A stretch of DNA of 63,270 nt, counting the filler, from Licmophora abbreviata (taxonomy: Eukaryota), in assembly GCA_900291995.1 (NCBI GenBank). It is 14 parts of 14 records of this genome, joined end to end, with 100 filler letters (N's around TTAATTAATTAA, not from the genome) between each part and the next. Parts side by side here need not be neighbours in the genome. Positions count along the whole stretch, not along the records: positions 18,187 to 33,464 come from OLMU01001035.1; positions 33,565 to 37,337 come from OLMU01001036.1; positions 37,438 to 41,093 come from OLMU01001037.1; positions 41,194 to 45,552 come from OLMU01001039.1; 10 more parts are not named here. One strand, 5' to 3'. A model generated the notes under the pieces. The model saw nothing but the letters and a program-made list of their open reading frames with translations, did no database searches and was not told where the DNA came from. Positions 32,464-44,356 of this stretch are shown in pieces; position 1 is the stretch's first letter, and the number at the start of each line of letters is the position of its first letter. A program made the translations under genes and the position numbers.

Positions 32464-32958
32464 TTATCGGGCGGTATGTGCGACCAGTTTGGCGAGGTTG
32501 GGTTGCTCGGCCTTGATGAGGCGGGTGGCGAAATAGGTCATGTATCTGTCGATGCCCAGATCGGCGGACAGAAGATCGTCCATCACACCTTGAAAGGTGC
32601 TCAGGCTGGGGGTGACCACGGTCATGATATAGTCGATCCCGCCGCCTGTCGCGACGCAGTTGATGATCGCATCAATGCCCGCGATATGATGTTCGAACCG
32701 GTCGAAATCGGTCTTGCGGTGATGCGTGAGCGAGACGGTCACCACAACGCGGGTCGTATCCACCACGCGATCAAGTGCGATATCGGCGTGATAGCCGCTG
32801 ATATATCCCGCGGCGCGCAGACGGGTCAGGCGCGCCCAGCAGGGGGTGGGAGACAGGTTCACGAGTTCGGCCAGCTTGGTCTTGCTCAGCTGGCCGTATT
32901 TCTGAACAGCGGTCAGAATACGGATGTCCGCCGCATCCAATCCATTTCGTTCTCGCAT
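32464..32958 (-). CDS. Lrp/AsnC-family transcriptional regulator
   Basis: LDAADIRIL, ELVNLSPTPCWARL, GYISGYHA, GGIDY. Confidence 0.93.
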   Translation of the reverse strand: MRERNGLDAADIRILTAVQKYGQLSKTKLAELVNLSPTPCWARLTRLRAAGYISGYHADIALDRVVDTTRVVVTVSLTHHRKTDFDRFEHHIAGIDAIINCVATGGGIDYIMTVVTPSLSTFQGVMDDLLSADLGIDRYMTYFATRLIKAEQPNLAKLVAHTAR

Positions 32959-33118
32959 CGCACCCTGCTTCCTGCATGCCGAAGACCCGAAAGCAGCGCC
33001 CGAAGATCGCGGCGCCTTGCGTTCGCGGCGATTATGCCGCCATGCAGACCGGAATTGAGGGAATTTTGCGACAGCTTAGGGGGTTGCAGCGTCACTTTGG
33101 GCGGATCGCATCGGCACC

Positions 33119-34508
33119 TCAGAGCACATAGCGCGACAGATCGGCGGATTTCATCAGCTCGCCCAGATTGGCATCGACAAAGGCCGCATCGACCGTGACA
33201 GTATCGCCGGCCCGATCCGGGGCGGTGAAGCTCAGCTCTTCGAACACCCGCTCCATCACGGTGTAAAGCCGCCGCGCGCCGATATTCTCGACCGATTGAT
33301 TGACCTCGGCGGCGATTTTGGCCAGCGCCGCGATGCCATCCTCGGTGAACGTGACGGTGACATCCTCGGTTCCCATGAGCGCGGTATATTGCCGGGTCAG
33401 CGCATTGTCGGTCTCGGTCAGGATGCGCACGAAATCCTCTTCGGTGAGGGCGCGCAGCTCGACCNNNNNNNNNNNNNNNNNNNNNNNNNNNNNNNNNNNN
33501 NNNNNNNNTTAATTAATTAANNNNNNNNNNNNNNNNNNNNNNNNNNNNNNNNNNNNNNNNNNNNTGAAGCTCGGGGAGTAGATCCGAGGGTTTGGCGATA
33601 TGGAAGGCGCCAGAGGCGATGAACAGGATATGGTCGGTCTTGACCGGGCCGTATTTGGTGGACACGGTCGTGCCTTCGATCAGGGGCAGCAGATCGCGCT
33701 GCACGCCTTCGCGGCTGACATCGCCGCCGCGCGCATCCGAGCGGGCGCAGACCTTGTCGATTTCGTCCAGAAAGACGATGCCGTTCTGTTCGACCGCTTC
33801 GAGTGCTGTCTTGTGGACGGTGTCGTCATCCAGCAGCTTGTCGGCCTCTTCGCTGATGAGCGCCTCGTAGCTTTCGGAGACGGTCATCTTCTTGCGCACG
33901 GTGCGCCCGCCGAATGCTTTTCCGAAGATATCGCCGAGATTCATCATCCCCATCTGGCTGCCGGGCTGACCGGGAATGTCCATCATGCCGAGGGGGTTGG
34001 ATTGATCGGCGACATCCAGTTCGATCACGGTGTCGTCCAGCAGGCCGTCGCGCAGTTTCTTGCGAAACATCTCGCGCGTGGACTCGCGGGCGTCTTCGCC
34101 GGCGATGGCGGCGATCACCCGGTCTTCGGCCTGTTGATGGGCCTTTGATTTGACATCCTCGCGCATGTAGTCGCGGGTCTGTGCGATGGCGCTGTCGACC
34201 AGATCGCGGATGATCTGTTCGACATCGCGCCCGACATAGCCGACTTCGGTGAACTTGGTCGCTTCGACCTTGATGAAGGGCGCGCGGGCGAGTTTGGCCA
34301 GACGGCGGGAAATCTCGGTCTTGCCGACGCCGGTGGGGCCGATCATCAGGATGTTCTTGGGATACACCTCGTCGCGCAGATCGTCGGCCAGCTGCTTGCG
34401 CCGCCAGCGGTTGCGCAGGGCCACGGCGGTGGCGCGCTTGGCGTCCTTCTGGCCGATGATGAAACGATCGAGTTCCGAGACGATCTCGCGCGGGGTCAGG
34501 TCGGTCAT
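33119..34508 (-). CDS. hslU: ATP-dependent protease ATPase HslU, interrupted by linker
   Basis: [50 protein letters not shown]. Confidence 0.97.
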
Positions 34509-35059
34509 TTGGAAATGCTTTCTACGGTCAGGTTGCCGTTGGTGTAGACACAGATATCGGCGGCGATGGCCATGGCGTCGCGGGCGATCTGTTCGGCGCT
34601 GCGGTCGCTGTCCATCATGCCGCGCGCGGCGGCCAAGGCGTAATTGCCGCCCGAGCCGATTGCGGTGACATCATGTTCAGGCTCGAGCACATCGCCCGCG
34701 CCGGTGATGACATAGATCTGATCGCCGTCGGTGACGATCAGCATGGCTTCGAGCTTCTGGAGGTATTTGTCGGTGCGCCAGTCCTTGGCCAATGCAACGC
34801 AGGCGCGCTGCAGCTGTCCGGGGGTCGATTCGAGCTTGGATTCGAGACGCTCGAGCAGGGTGAAGGCATCGGCGGTCGAGCCGGCAAAGCCCGCAACCAC
34901 GTCATAGCCGCCGGGGGACAGGCGGCGCACCTTGCGGGCGCTGCCCTTGATGACAGTGTCGCCGAGGCTGACCTGTCCGTCACCGGCAACAACGACGGTT
35001 CCGGCCTTTTTCACGCCGATGATGGTTGTGCCGTGCCAGCCGGGAAATTCTTTGCGCAT
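34505..35059 (-). CDS. hslV: Protease subunit HslV
   Basis: [35 protein letters not shown]. Confidence 0.97.
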   Translation of the reverse strand: MRKEFPGWHGTTIIGVKKAGTVVVAGDGQVSLGDTVIKGSARKVRRLSPGGYDVVAGFAGSTADAFTLLERLESKLESTPGQLQRACVALAKDWRTDKYLQKLEAMLIVTDGDQIYVITGAGDVLEPEHDVTAIGSGGNYALAAARGMMDSDRSAEQIARDAMAIAADICVYTNGNLTVESISK

Positions 35060-35119
35060 GGGGCCTCCGTTGGGTTCCCGCCTATATGGAAGGGTGGCGG
35101 ACAGGGTGCAAGGGGCGCA

Positions 35120-36268
35120 TCAGCCCAGCAGATCGCGGGCGATCCGGGCGAAGATGCGGGTGCCGATCGGGATCAGATCGTCGGGAAAGTCGTAATCGGG
35201 GTTATGCAGAGCCGCATGTTCCGTGCCTGCGCCCAGAAACAGCATGGCGGCTTTCGCAGAGTGGCCGAAGCGCCCGAAATCCTCTGAGGCGCGCATCGGC
35301 AGGCCCGATCCGTCATGCGACATGCCGAGCGCATCGAGCGCCTTGCGGATATGGGCCGCCGCTTCGGGGTGGTTTTCAGAGTGCAGGAAAATGTCCTGAA
35401 AGCTGTGGTTGGTGGTCAGGCCGTGCTTGGCGGCGGTGCTGTGCAGCAGATCGAGCGCGGTGCTGCAAAGTGCCTCCATTCGGTCATCTGTGAGGGTTCG
35501 AAGAGTGGCCATGACCGTGGCGTCGCCCGGCGCGATCCCCACGGCCGGCACACCGAGAGCGCAATGGGTGACCGTGACAAGGGTGAAATCGGCGTCCCTC
35601 GTGGTGACATGGCTGAGCGATGTGAGCGAAGGCATCAGGCTGCACAGCGCGTCCATCGGAGAGATGCCGTTTTCCGGCTCGGAGGCGTGGGCGGTCTTGC
35701 CCGAAAGCGTGGCCACCAGCCCACGCGAGGCACAGTTCACCGGCCCTTCGGCCAGCCCGACATGGCCAAGGGGCAGGCCCGGCATGTTATGCAGGGAAAA
35801 GGCGAAATCAGGTGAAACAGTGTCGAATCTCGGGTCCGCGATCACCGATTGCGCCCCGGCGCCGGTTTCTTCGGCAGGCTGAAACATCAGTATGACGCGA
35901 CCGCGCGCGGGACGCTGGCGGGACAGGAGGCGCGCGAGGCCCATGAGGATCGTCATGTGCCCGTCATGACCGCACAGATGCCCGGTGCCGGGATAGGCGG
36001 AGCGGTGCGGGCTGTCGGATATCTCTTGGATGGGAAGGGCATCCAGCTCGGCGCGGAAGAGGATGGTGGGGCCGGGCGAGGGGCCGCCATAGATCGCGGC
36101 GATGCCATGCCCGCCAAGATCGGTCAGGATGTCATCGGGCGCCTGCGCGTCCAGAGCGGTGAGAATACGGCGGGCGGTCTGCGCTTCATCACCCGAAACC
36201 TCGGGGTGGCGGTGCAGATCGCGGCGCAAGGCGGTCAGGTCTGCGATATCGGAATTGCTGAGCATCAT
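35120..36268 (-). CDS. M20-family amidohydrolase
   Basis: RRDLHRHPE, RAELDALP, HLCGHDGH, FQPAEE, SEDF, LHNPDY. Confidence 0.92.
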   Translation of the reverse strand: MMLSNSDIADLTALRRDLHRHPEVSGDEAQTARRILTALDAQAPDDILTDLGGHGIAAIYGGPSPGPTILFRAELDALPIQEISDSPHRSAYPGTGHLCGHDGHMTILMGLARLLSRQRPARGRVILMFQPAEETGAGAQSVIADPRFDTVSPDFAFSLHNMPGLPLGHVGLAEGPVNCASRGLVATLSGKTAHASEPENGISPMDALCSLMPSLTSLSHVTTRDADFTLVTVTHCALGVPAVGIAPGDATVMATLRTLTDDRMEALCSTALDLLHSTAAKHGLTTNHSFQDIFLHSENHPEAAAHIRKALDALGMSHDGSGLPMRASEDFGRFGHSAKAAMLFLGAGTEHAALHNPDYDFPDDLIPIGTRIFARIARDLLG

Positions 36269-36294
36269 GGGCCTTTTGTCACCTGTCCGGGGGC

Positions 36295-36321
36295 AAAAGA
36301 AAAGGGCCGCAAACGCGGCCC
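36295..36321 (-). terminator. Rho-independent terminator after trxA
   Basis: Stem GGGCCGC/GCGGCCC followed on the minus strand by a T-rich tract. Confidence 0.7.
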
Positions 36322-36347
36322 CTTCCAGATCGGCTGTGCGGCACCGA

Positions 36348-36668
36348 TCAGATGCTGCTTTCGATCCAGCTTTGCAACGCGGCCTTGGGGGCGGCGCCGG
36401 CGCGGTTCGAAATCACCTCGCCATTCTTGAAGATGAACAGCGCCGGGATGCCGCGAACGCCCATGGCGGCGGCGGTGTTCGGGTTGCTGTCCACGTCGAT
36501 CTTGGCGATCTTGATCTTGCCGCCCATTTCTTCGGACAGTTCTTCGAGGGCCGGGCCGATCTGCTTGCAGGGGCCACACCATTCGGCCCAGAAATCGACC
36601 ACGACGGGAATGTCGGAGTTCTTAACTTCTGCGTCGAATGTCTCGTCTGTTACGGCTACGGTGCCCAT
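36348..36668 (-). CDS. trxA: Thioredoxin
   Basis: [18 protein letters not shown]. Confidence 0.97.
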   Translation of the reverse strand: MGTVAVTDETFDAEVKNSDIPVVVDFWAEWCGPCKQIGPALEELSEEMGGKIKIAKIDVDSNPNTAAAMGVRGIPALFIFKNGEVISNRAGAAPKAALQSWIESSI

Positions 36669-36726
36669 TTTGTGTCTCCTGACAGGAATTGATTTGACCA
36701 GAACGTATGGAGCGTGACGGGGAGCG

Positions 36727-39700
36727 TCAAGCGATTGGCGTGTCACGCAGCGCCTTTGTCACAAGATCGTGCGGCAACAGGGTCAGCGTGGCGCTGCGTG
36801 TCCAGAGAAGACCGGTTTCCACGGGTCGATCAGGATAGATCAGGGCAAGAGCATGCGCATAGGCGCCCATCTGCCGCAAAAGCGCCGTGGGCACATCCTC
36901 GGCCGTGTCGGGAATGCCGGCGTTGGTCTTGAAATCGACGGCAAGAACCCGGTCGGGGGAGATCAGAAGCCGGTCGATGATCCCGTGAATTCGGCGGCCA
37001 CCCAGGGCATCGAGGCTGGCCGAGACAGGCACCTCGGATAGCGCGTCGGGCTGGAACAGAAACTGAAGCGACGGTTTGGTAAGCACCTTGTCGGCTTCGG
37101 CCAGGAGCAGGCGAAGTTCCTCGCCCTCAGCCGCATCAGAGCCGTTCAACAAAAGCTTCTCGGCTGTCTCTGGCCAGTCGGATTGCGGCACGGTGGGCAA
37201 AAATTCGAGCAGACGGTGGATCTGCCGACCGCGGCGCTTGGCGGCATCCTCATCAAGCCCGCGCTCGTCCGGCAGCGCCTTGTCACCGCCCAGATCGGAC
37301 GGTTTGAGGGTTTCGGGCGGCAGGACCGGAGGAGGTGNNNNNNNNNNNNNNNNNNNNNNNNNNNNNNNNNNNNNNNNNNNNTTAATTAATTAANNNNNNN
37401 NNNNNNNNNNNNNNNNNNNNNNNNNNNNNNNNNNNNNCGCAGGCAGGGGCGCGGTGGCGTGCGTCGTATCCGCAGGCGGATCAGAGACTGTTCCAGCCCA
37501 ATCGCCATGTTCCAGCCGCAGGCCCTGTCCCAGATCGAAATCATGAGCGGTGGCGCCAGCCGCTTGCAGACCGGCCTGCACCTTTTCATACCAAGCCTCG
37601 CCATTCTTTCCCAGATCGCCGGCAGCGGCCACGATCAACCATGTTTCGGCGCGGGTCATCGCGACATAGAGCAGGCGATCCCGTTCCGCGCGCTCGGCGT
37701 TGCGGGCGGCATCACTGGCGCGCACAATCGCGGCGGGCGCCTCGCCGCTGGCGCTGCGCCAGAAGGCGGTTCCGTTGCTGGTCGTGATCTGATCGCGGAT
37801 CCGGATATCGCGCTTGGCGGTATCGGGCAGGATGACCACGGGCGCTTCGAGCCCCTTGGCGCCATGCACCGTCATCACCCGGACCCTGTTTCCGGCGCTG
37901 TCCATCTGGCGCTTGATTTCCAGATCGTCGGTTTCCATCCAGACCAGAAACCCCGTCAGACTGTCCACGGCGCGCTGTTCATAGGCCATCGCCTGCATCA
38001 ACAGCGCGTCGATGCCATCCTCGGCCTCGGCGCCAAGGCGGGCCAGCAGTTTGCGGCGCCCGTCGTGGCGGGTCAGGATGCGTTCGATCAGATCATAGGG
38101 GCGCAGGTAATCGGCCTTGCGGCGCAGATCGTCCAGAATGGCCATGGTTTCGGGAAAATTCGATGCCCGGTCGCGAAGCGCCGCCCAAAGATAGCGCTGC
38201 GTGCGCTTATGGGCGAGATCGAAAAGCTGCGCCTCGGACCAGCCGAAGAGCGGCGAGCGCAGGGCGGTGGCGAGCGACAGGTCATCCTCGGGCGTGGCGA
38301 GAAAGGACAGGAGCGCCGCCAGATCCTTGACCGCCAGTTCCGCCCCCACCTTGAGCCGGTCTGCCCCTGCAATGGGCAGGTTTTGTGTCTTGCATTCGCG
38401 GATCAGCTCGTGAAACAGGCTCGAGCGGCGTTGCACCAGGATCAGGATATCGCCGGGCCGGATCGGTCGCAGGCCCGAGGGAGAGTCCTTGTCGGGAATG
38501 GGCTGTTTGTCGTCCACCATGCGGCGGATCGTGCGGGCGATCTGACGGGCGAGAAGCGTGGCGGGATCGTTGGCGGCCTTCACATCCACCGGCATGTGCC
38601 AGTCGGGATCCTCGTCCTGATCGGGCTTGTCGATCACGGGCCACAGATCGACCCGGCCGGGCAGATCGGATTTGAACGCCTTGTGACCCTGTTCAGGCGT
38701 AAACCCGCTGTCACGGCTATGGGCAAAGGTGTGATCGACAAGGTCTAGAATGGCGCTGGAGGAGCGGAACGAATATTCCATCTCCATGTCCTGAAGCGGC
38801 TGGCCGGTGGCGTGCAGACGGGTGGCGAAATCCCCCTTCATGCGGTCGAATTCGTCCGGATCGGCGCCCTGGAAGGAATAGATCGACTGTTTCTTGTCGC
38901 CCACCACGAAGATCGTGCGCGTCACGTCGGCGCGCGCACCCTGACCGCTGGTGAATTCCTGCGCCAGACGTTCGATCACCTGCCATTGCACGGGGCTGGT
39001 ATCCTGTGCCTCGTCCACAAGAATATGGTCGATACCGCCATCCAGCCGGAAGAGAACCCAGGCCGCGACGGCGGGATCGGTGAGCAATTGACGCGCGCGC
39101 AGGATCAGATCGTCGAAATCCAGCCAGCCGCGCAGGGCCTTGGCGCGGTCATAGGCGGTGAGAAAGATGCGGGCAAATTCGTGCAGCGTGCGAGTTTTCT
39201 GGATCGTGGCAAGGGCCAGCCGGGCTTCGCGGGCCTCTTCGACGCGGGCCATCCACTGATTGATCTGCGGCATGATCGCATCAAGCGCGGTGCGGACTGC
39301 CTTGGTTGGAAAAGAGTCTATCTTGGCGGAAAACGGCTCTTTCGCGCCTTCACCAAAGAGAAAGATGGATTCGAGAACAGGCAGTGCAGAGGCGTCCAGC
39401 CTATCGATGGATGCAATGCGCAGGGCGGCTTTCTGGTCATTGGTGCTGCTGGCCCGAAGCGCCGGGATCAGTTGGTCCAACAGGGTCTGTTCGCTGCCCA
39501 GGAATACGCGTGCGGTGATGTCATCAAGCGTCAGGCTGCCGGGCTGGCCTAGGACCTGGGCCAGTGTGTCATCGCTGCACGGGGTGTCGAACAGGGTGCG
39601 GTGCCGGACGATTTCCGCGGTGATATCGTCAAGGGATTCGCCGCCATAATGCCGAGCGAAGGCATAAAGCGTGGCGGCGTCGGGGCCGCTGGCGATGGCT

Positions 39701-40182
39701 TCGGTGATCTCGGAGCGCAGAAGCGAAGCGGTGCGATCCTCCATCTCGGTGAACTGGGGACTGACGCCAGCCTCGAGCGGGAAGCGGCGCAGAAGACCGG
39801 CGCAGAACGAGTGGATCGTTTGAATTTTCAGACCGCCCGGAGCCTCGATCGCGCGGGCAAAGAGACGACGGGCCTTGCGCAGGGTATCGGCGTCGATCAG
39901 GCCCTCATGGCCCAGATCGTGCAATTCCCCAGACAGGCGATCATCGGGCAGCATCGCCCATTGGCCAAGCCGCTTGAACAGACGGTTCTGCATCTCGCTG
40001 GCGGCGGCCTTGGTGTAGGTCAGGCACAGGATGTGCCGGGGATCGACATCTTCGAGCAACAGCCGCGCGACACGGTCGGTCAGGACCCTCGTCTTGCCCG
40101 ATCCGGCATTTGCCGACAGCCAGGTGGAGCGATCGGGGCGCGCGGCGTCGATTTGCCGTTGGGTGGCTTCATTGCGGGCCAT
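36727..40182 (-). CDS. addA: Double-strand break repair helicase/nuclease AddA, interrupted by linker
   Basis: [44 protein letters not shown]-terminal GIIDRL..VDFKT nuclease. Confidence 0.95.
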
Positions 40183-42161
40183 CAGCGCAGCTCTGCCGTG
40201 TCGGGGGGATCGGTGATGTCCCATTCGCCGAAGCGGGCCAATTGATCGTAATCGCCCTTGTCGGCCTTCTTGAACACGGCGCGGCGGGCGGTATAGCCGC
40301 GATCCGGTTCGAGATAGGCGCGCATCAGGGCTTCGAATTCGATCCAGACTTTCTGCACGGGCTCTTCGTCCAATGGGGCCAAAACAGTCTCTGGTTTGCT
40401 GCCCAGGCCGATGAACTGGGCGCGCGCGACTTGGGACGGGGCGAGCTGACCGAAGCCTGCCTGTTCGGCGATTGCGGCTTCCAGCAAAAGCTGCCGGTCG
40501 AAATATTTCTGTTCCTTGGCGCTGGGCGGTTTGCCGGTCTTGTAGTCGTAGATGTGAAGGCTGCCGGTGGCGTCTATGTCGATGCGGTCGGCCTTGGCCT
40601 TGAGGGTGACGCCAAGATCATCGAGCGTGGCGATGCCGGATTGTTCCAGCGCGCAAGGTTGGGCGATCTGACGGCGGTCGAACTCACCGTCGATGAACCA
40701 GTCGGCAACACGGTCCATGCGCGCACGCCAGATGGCACGCGCCTCGGCCCAAGGGACGTTTTGGGCAAGAACAGACTCGGTTACCGCCATCAGGTGATCG
40801 CGGGTGCAGAGTGCCGCATCGTGCTGGCTGTCCTTGATGAAACGGTCCAGAACCTCGTGCAGGACAGTGCCGCGCAGCAGCGCGTCCGGCACTTTCATCA
40901 GTGGATCAAGCGGCCGCAACCGCAGGACATGGCGCGCATAGATGGCATAGGGATCGCGGATCAGGCGCTTGATTTCCGTCACGGAAAACTGGCGGGGACG
41001 TGCCGCCAGCGGCGGGCAGGGCGAGGGGCGCTTTTCGGCGGGCACATAACCGGGCTCTTCAAGGCTGGCGACCAGTCGGAGCCAATGCGCGCCNNNNNNN
41101 NNNNNNNNNNNNNNNNNNNNNNNNNNNNNNNNNNNNNTTAATTAATTAANNNNNNNNNNNNNNNNNNNNNNNNNNNNNNNNNNNNNNNNNNNNAGCAGGG
41201 TGATATCCTGCGTGGCGTGGTCAAGATCGGTGAGGCCCGGCCCATCCTGCAGCCATTGATCGGTCACAGGCGCGGGCCGCAAGGCCAGCGACAAGAGCCG
41301 GTTGCGGGCAGGACAGGCGGGGCTGTCCGGTGTCCAGCGGGCGATCTCGGCGGGCGAGAGGCCGAGCTTTCCCATCAGATCGGCGAAACGGTATTGCGGA
41401 TGATCCTCGGAGAGCATCGCATCGTCCAGCGCGCCCCAGACATGCGCCGGCATGTCGACATCGAAGCCGGGAAGAAGGATTGCGCCTTGCGGCAGTTTGG
41501 ACACCGCCTGCATCAGAAGCTGGGTGGCGCCGCGCGATCCGGTGGATCCGGCGATGATGATCGGGTGATCGGGAGGCGTCTCTTGCCACGTTTCGATTAC
41601 ATGCTCGATCACCAGACGCTGGCGGGTTTCGACATCGGGATGCTCGGTGCCAACGTCGAAATAGTGTCTGACAATGCCCAAAAAGGCTGTGATCCGATCC
41701 CAATGACCGGATTGATCGGTGACATCTAGCCCCTCGATCACATCCGGAGAGACGCCTTCGCCATGCATTTCGTCCATCAGCGATGCAAGGCTGTCGGCCA
41801 ATGCATAAAGCGAGGAGCGCGACGCGATGTCGGGCTGTCTGTCCAGCAGCGAAGAGACAAGCTGTGTCAGCTCGAGCCGACGGCGGAGCGGCGGCACGGG
41901 ATCGGGGATATGCGCCAGATCCCAATGCTCGCCCAGATCGGTGAGCAATTCGATCCGTGGCAGCAACAGCGCCGGACCCTGATCGAAGAGCGCCCGGATG
42001 CGGCGCGCCATGCGCCGGGTGTTGACGATCACCTGCACGCGGGCCAGCGCCTCGGGCGGCTGGTCGGCGTGGCGGGCAAGCAGGCCATCGACCAGCGCGC
42101 GGGGGAAATCCACGCCAAGCGGCACGCCAAAGACGCGGGGGCGGTCGGTGGGATCAAACAT
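40182..42161 (-). CDS. addB: Double-strand break repair protein AddB, middle missing in gap
   Basis: AGSTGSRG, DHPQY, SVTEIKRLIRDPYAIYA, ADRID, DYKTG. Confidence 0.93.
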
Positions 42162-42846
42162 GCCGATACCCAAGCATCTTTTCGGCCTGTGCGATACCCT
42201 CGGGATGGCCCACATCGCACCATTCGCCGGTGTAGCCGGCTGCGAACAGGCGATTTTCGGCGAGCATCCTGTCCCACAGAATATTCAGAGAAAAAGCCGT
42301 CTCGGCGATGTCATGCAGACCCTCGGTCTTGAGGATCTGCAGCCCGGAATACACGAGGCCCGGTCCGCGCTGCGCCCTGCCATCGGCGTCGATCGTGAAA
42401 TCGCCTGTGCCGGAATGGCCGATGGCGTGATCGGGCGGGATACACAGAAGCAGCGCATCCATGCGGGTCGGATCCCAGAGCGCGGCAAGCTGATCCAGAG
42501 GGTTGGCGCCGCGCCAGACGGCGTCGGTGTTCATTGTAAAGACCGGCCCGGCGCCCAGAAGCGGCAAGGCGGCGCGCAGCCCGCCGCCGGTTTCAAGGAT
42601 ATCGGGAGTTTCGTGCGACAGGATCACGTCGCTTTCGCCAAGATGCCGGATCAGCGCCTCGGGTCGGTAGTGGATGTTGGCGACGATGCGTTCGGGGCCA
42701 TGGGCGCGCACAAGCGACAGCGCGTGGTCGATCAGCGGCTTGCCCGCCACCTCGATCATCGGTTTCGGGCGATCTGCGGTCAGTGCGCCCATCCGCGTGC
42801 CGAATCCGGCGGCGAACAGCATTACCGAGCGGGGACGGTCGCGCAT
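42154..42846 (-). CDS. Nucleotidyltransferase (MurU-like)
   Basis: FAAGFGTRM..PKP, LETGGG, WCDVG; follows tsaE and amgK-like gene. Confidence 0.88.
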   Translation of the reverse strand: MRDRPRSVMLFAAGFGTRMGALTADRPKPMIEVAGKPLIDHALSLVRAHGPERIVANIHYRPEALIRHLGESDVILSHETPDILETGGGLRAALPLLGAGPVFTMNTDAVWRGANPLDQLAALWDPTRMDALLLCIPPDHAIGHSGTGDFTIDADGRAQRGPGLVYSGLQILKTEGLHDIAETAFSLNILWDRMLAENRLFAAGYTGEWCDVGHPEGIAQAEKMLGYRHV

Positions 42847-43847
42847 TGCTCTTTTACCTTGTGGAGAATGGAGGCGTCGGGCGCGGGCAGATGCGCGCGG
42901 GTGATATCGGCCAGATCCGACAGGGATGGATCGGACAGATCGTGGATCAGATGCGCCCAGACACGCGGGATCAGATCGACATAATGCGCCTTTCCGTCAC
43001 GCACGCAGAGACGGGTGAACACGCCCAGAATGCGCAGGTTTCGCTGCGTCCCCAGCACGTGATAGGCGGTGCGGAACGCGCTTTCGTCCTGTCCGGTGCT
43101 GGCGATGTACCGGTCGATCATGGCGTCCTCGATCGCGCGGGGCACATCGCGGCGGGCATCCTGCAGCAACGAGACCAGATCATAGGCCCGGTGGCCCAGC
43201 ATGGCGTCCTGAAAATCCAGCAAACCGACGCGGGCCAGACCTTGCCGTTGCGGCAGCCAGAGCAGGTTCTGGGCATGATAGTCTCGTTGCACGAGCACAT
43301 CCGCGGTCGGGGCATGACGGGTCAGCGCATCGAGCATGGCGCCATGAAAGCGACCCCGTGCGGTGGTGTCGGGACCGGTCGTGACGGCCAGATACCAGTC
43401 AAAGGCCAGCGCGGCGAGATCCGCCATCAAGGGTGGCGCATAGGGCTGAAGACCCCTTGGCACGGTGTGGCTGTGAAGATCGGCCAAAAGATCGGTTGCG
43501 CAGGAATAGAGACTGTTTTCCAGCGATGGATCGGCCGGGATCACGCTGGCGAAAAGGTCATCGCCCAGATCCTCGAGCAGCAAGAGGCCCGCGCCGTGAT
43601 CCTGCGCCAGAATGCGCGGCGCGCTGAGGCCCAGGGAGGTCAGATAGCCGGCGATGGAGACGAAAGGGCGCACATCCTCGCCCCGGTTGGACGGGGCGTC
43701 CATCAAAACGGCGGTTGCTGTGCCGTCGGGATGTGTCAGGCGCAGATAGCGCCGGTTCGACGCATCCCCGGCCAGGGGCGCGATGGCGGCCCCGGCCCAG
43801 TCGGTCGCGTCAATGAAACCCCGGATCAGCGCGTCGCGGTCAGACAT
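42822..43847 (-). CDS. APH-family phosphotransferase (AmgK-like)
   Basis: AGDASNRRY, LLEDLGD, RDYHAQNL, LDFQDA, YDLVSLL. Confidence 0.88.
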   Translation of the reverse strand: MSDRDALIRGFIDATDWAGAAIAPLAGDASNRRYLRLTHPDGTATAVLMDAPSNRGEDVRPFVSIAGYLTSLGLSAPRILAQDHGAGLLLLEDLGDDLFASVIPADPSLENSLYSCATDLLADLHSHTVPRGLQPYAPPLMADLAALAFDWYLAVTTGPDTTARGRFHGAMLDALTRHAPTADVLVQRDYHAQNLLWLPQRQGLARVGLLDFQDAMLGHRAYDLVSLLQDARRDVPRAIEDAMIDRYIASTGQDESAFRTAYHVLGTQRNLRILGVFTRLCVRDGKAHYVDLIPRVWAHLIHDLSDPSLSDLADITRAHLPAPDASILHKVKEQCATVPAR

Positions 43848-44316
43848 CGAGAACACCTTTCAGTTTCGCATCCCAGGACGGGTCACTCCATGACAACGAC
43901 AGCACCCGCGTGTCATCGGGCGCGGGGGCGTCCAATTGCAGGCAAAGCGCCGATCCCGGGGCCAGATCGCCCAGACGGTCGGGCCATTCGACAAGGCAGA
44001 TCGCATCGGAAAATGCATCGATCAGGCCAAGCTCTTCGATTTCGGAGATATCGGTGAGACGGTAGAGATCGGCATGCCAGATCTCACCGCGACGCCCGGG
44101 ATAGGATTGCACCAGCGTATAGGTCGGCGAGGGCACATCCTCGGGCGTGTCGAGCGAGGCAAGGATCAGGCAGCGGGCGAAATGCGATTTTCCGGCGCCG
44201 ATCTGACCCGAGAGCAGCAGAACATCGCCCGGTTCAAGACATGGAGCGATGGCCCGCGCAAGGGCGCAGGTCTGGTCGGGATCGGAGAGATGCAGTGTCT
44301 TGGCCCTGTCAGACAT
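43840..44316 (-). CDS. tsaE: t6A biosynthesis ATPase TsaE
   Basis: GQIGAGKS, VPSPTYTLVQ, HADLYRL, VEWP. Confidence 0.95.
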   Translation of the reverse strand: MSDRAKTLHLSDPDQTCALARAIAPCLEPGDVLLLSGQIGAGKSHFARCLILASLDTPEDVPSPTYTLVQSYPGRRGEIWHADLYRLTDISEIEELGLIDAFSDAICLVEWPDRLGDLAPGSALCLQLDAPAPDDTRVLSLSWSDPSWDAKLKGVLDV

Positions 44317-44356
44317 GGGCCGACACTACACGCCCGGCGCGGTCCTGCAAGCGGCA

